Shown here: positions 62,750 through 64,000 of the stretch, piece by piece
How the letters are laid out: the number at the start of each line of letters is the position of its first letter
Position numbering within the stretch: position 1 is the first letter of the stretch
From: a bacterium
GTDB lineage: Bacteria > Bacillota > Clostridia > Oscillospirales > Acutalibacteraceae
Assembly: GCA_004560045.1 (NCBI GenBank)
Contig: SFWF01000001.1
Coordinates: forward strand, 9,524-73,523
Reading direction: 5' to 3'
Length of the DNA stretch: 64,000 nucleotides
Program-made: the position numbers and the translations under genes
Notes under the pieces: generated by a model
Seen by the model: the letters and a program-made list of their open reading frames with translations, nothing else
What the model was told of the DNA's origin: nothing
The model's database searches: none

Positions 62750-62880
62750 AAGATCATACCCTTTCTTTTATAATAAAGTATATCATAAACAGTATTTTTT
62801 ATCAATACGGTAATATTGATTTTTACAAGGCGTGGTGCTATAATAATTTAAAAATGGACAGGAAGCTAAGTAAGCAAAAA

Positions 62881-62913
62881 AATCAGCTATGTGATACAAT
62901 TTCACATAGCTGA
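62881..62913. terminator. Terminator after the GH29 gene
   Basis: ATCAGCTATGTGA-(7-nt loop)-TCACATAGCTGAT (13-bp arms), flanked by an A-run and a T-run. Confidence 0.7.
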
Positions 62914-62920
62914 TTTTTTA

Positions 62921-64000
62921 TTATTTAATTATCGCTTTTGCGACTCGGACGCAGGTGGATTTTCCGTAGGGGAAGTTGGTGGCGTATACCGAGAGGTTTC
63001 CGTCCTCGTTTTCGAAGTTTAACTCCTCGTCGTTGTCCATCCAGTAGACCTTTTCGATCTTTTCGTCTACGCCACGGAAAACAAAATCGTTTTCACATTC
63101 GCCGTTTACGGCAACGTGGACACTGCCTCCGTGACCTAAATCGTGAACGAAGACGTAAAGACAGCCGTCGCCCTTAAGGAGGAAGTTCTTAGCGTTTCCG
63201 CAGGTTGCGGGATGAGGCTTGCCCTTATAGATAGCCTCGCCGTAAAGACCCATCCATTTGCCCATAATTCTCATTATTTCTCTCTGGAAGGGGTCAACTC
63301 CGCCCTGAGCGGTGGGTCCGATATTAAGCAGGAGGTTTGCGCCCACCCTTCTGCAGGCGCAGAGGGATTCGATAAGCTCGCAGGGGGATTTATAGTTAAA
63401 GTCGTTTTCGCCGATTCCCCAGTGATCGTTTAATGTGTAGCACATCTCGGCGGCAACGTATTTGCTCATACCCTCGCGGTCCATGGGAGTGGGTCTGCCC
63501 TGCTCGAAGGTGACCGAGTCGAGCTCGGGATTTCCGATCTCACCGCGCTGAACGAGGCCGGTGTTGTTTATGATGATAGCATCGGGCTGATGCTTACGGA
63601 TAGTAGCGTAAAGGGCGTCCTCTTTCCAGTCGGCATCCTCTTTGCTCCAGTTACCGTCGAACCAGAGTCCGCCTATTTTACCGTAGTTTGTGCAAAGGAC
63701 CTCTACGCTCTTTCTCAGGTATTCGAGGTAGGAGTCGAAGTCCTCATTAAAGTCCTTCTGATACCAGTCGAGGGTGGTATGATAGAAGAAGGGAACGATT
63801 CCGTGACGGTTGCAGGCGTCTACGAATTCCTTTATAAGGTCGCGTTTGGCGGCCGAATGAGGTGCGTCGAAATCGCAAAGACCCTTGGTGTCGTAAAGGG
63901 AAAAGCCCTCGTGGTGACGGGTGGTGAGGGTTATGTATTTACAGCCTGCGTTCTTTGCGGTAAGAACCAACGCGTCGGCATCGAAATCCTCGGCGGTAAA
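62921..64000 (-). CDS. Alpha-L-fucosidase (GH29); N-terminus beyond the window
   Basis: The track ORF 62921..63970 continues open to the window edge. It has the GH29-type TTRHHEGFSLYDT and a C-terminal beta-sandwich. Confidence 0.75.
   Translation of the reverse strand, partial: FTAEDFDADALVLTAKNAGCKYITLTTRHHEGFSLYDTKGLCDFDAPHSAAKRDLIKEFVDACNRHGIVPFFYHTTLDWYQKDFNEDFDSYLEYLRKSVEVLCTNYGKIGGLWFDGNWSKEDADWKEDALYATIRKHQPDAIIINNTGLVQRGEIGNPELDSVTFEQGRPTPMDREGMSKYVAAEMCYTLNDHWGIGENDFNYKSPCELIESLCACRRVGANLLLNIGPTAQGGVDPFQREIMRIMGKWMGLYGEAIYKGKPHPATCGNAKNFLLKGDGCLYVFVHDLGHGGSVHVAVNGECENDFVFRGVDEKIEKVYWMDNDEELNFENEDGNLSVYATNFPYGKSTCVRVAKAIIK

Noticed and set aside
1-64000. Prophage, integrative element or defence island
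   Set aside because: I saw no integrase, recombinase, transposase, phage structural, restriction-modification, Cas, abortive-infection or reverse-transcriptase-like ORFs on either strand. The only toxin-antitoxin-type gene is the single mazF.

Overview
This 64-kb window looks like core chromosome from a spore-forming Clostridia, probably Oscillospiraceae/Ruminococcaceae-like. That guess rests on gene content only: a complete spoIIIAA-AH operon, a GerA-family germinant-receptor subunit, a SleC-like cortex hydrolase and a dockerin-bearing secreted protein. I call about 63 protein genes on both strands. I saw no rRNA, tRNA, CRISPR array, IS element, prophage or recognisable defence island. The main gene blocks, left to right:
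- Germination locus (1-3408).
- radC, rluA-family, comEB, rpmB, small alarmone synthetase, gpsA-plsY-der, DUF512, rpmF-yceD and pgi.
- dac, LUD, mnmA, pyrR and a YabE-like 3D-domain protein.
- PHP, asp23 and spoIIIAH-AA (20.1-26.1 kb).
- yebC, dusB, polA-ptp-rimI-tsaD, mreBCD-mrdA-minD-mgsA-hisS.
- A tightly packed minus-strand string: pcrA, DUF975, two RumA-type methyltransferases, murT-gatD, nhaC and an HTH-kinase fusion.
- tspO, then a glycan-related accessory-looking end: a 1845-aa secreted modular protein, a dockerin mini-protein, araC, solitary mazF, deoD, GH2, a Cof hydrolase and GH29.

The items most worth a second look:
1. An 892-bp ORF-free, repeat-dense island directly upstream of spoIIIA (26146-27037). 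It holds a 45/46-nt direct repeat, a 146-bp MITE-like inverted-repeat unit, heptamer repeats and two inverted G-quadruplex motifs.
2. A SleC-like cortex-lytic enzyme whose prodomain is a separate cistron.
3. The 1845-aa secreted protein combining CBM-like modules, InlB B-repeats and a metallophosphoesterase, next to a dockerin-only protein.
4. An EndoA/MazF toxin with no room for an adjacent antitoxin.
5. Apparent active-site substitutions in a GatD homologue and in one RumA paralogue.
6. An XRE-HTH fused to a BadF/NAGK-type ASKHA domain.

I do not see a complete, clearly novel multi-gene system. The findings are leads, not conclusions. All homology statements come from reading the translations, not from database searches.
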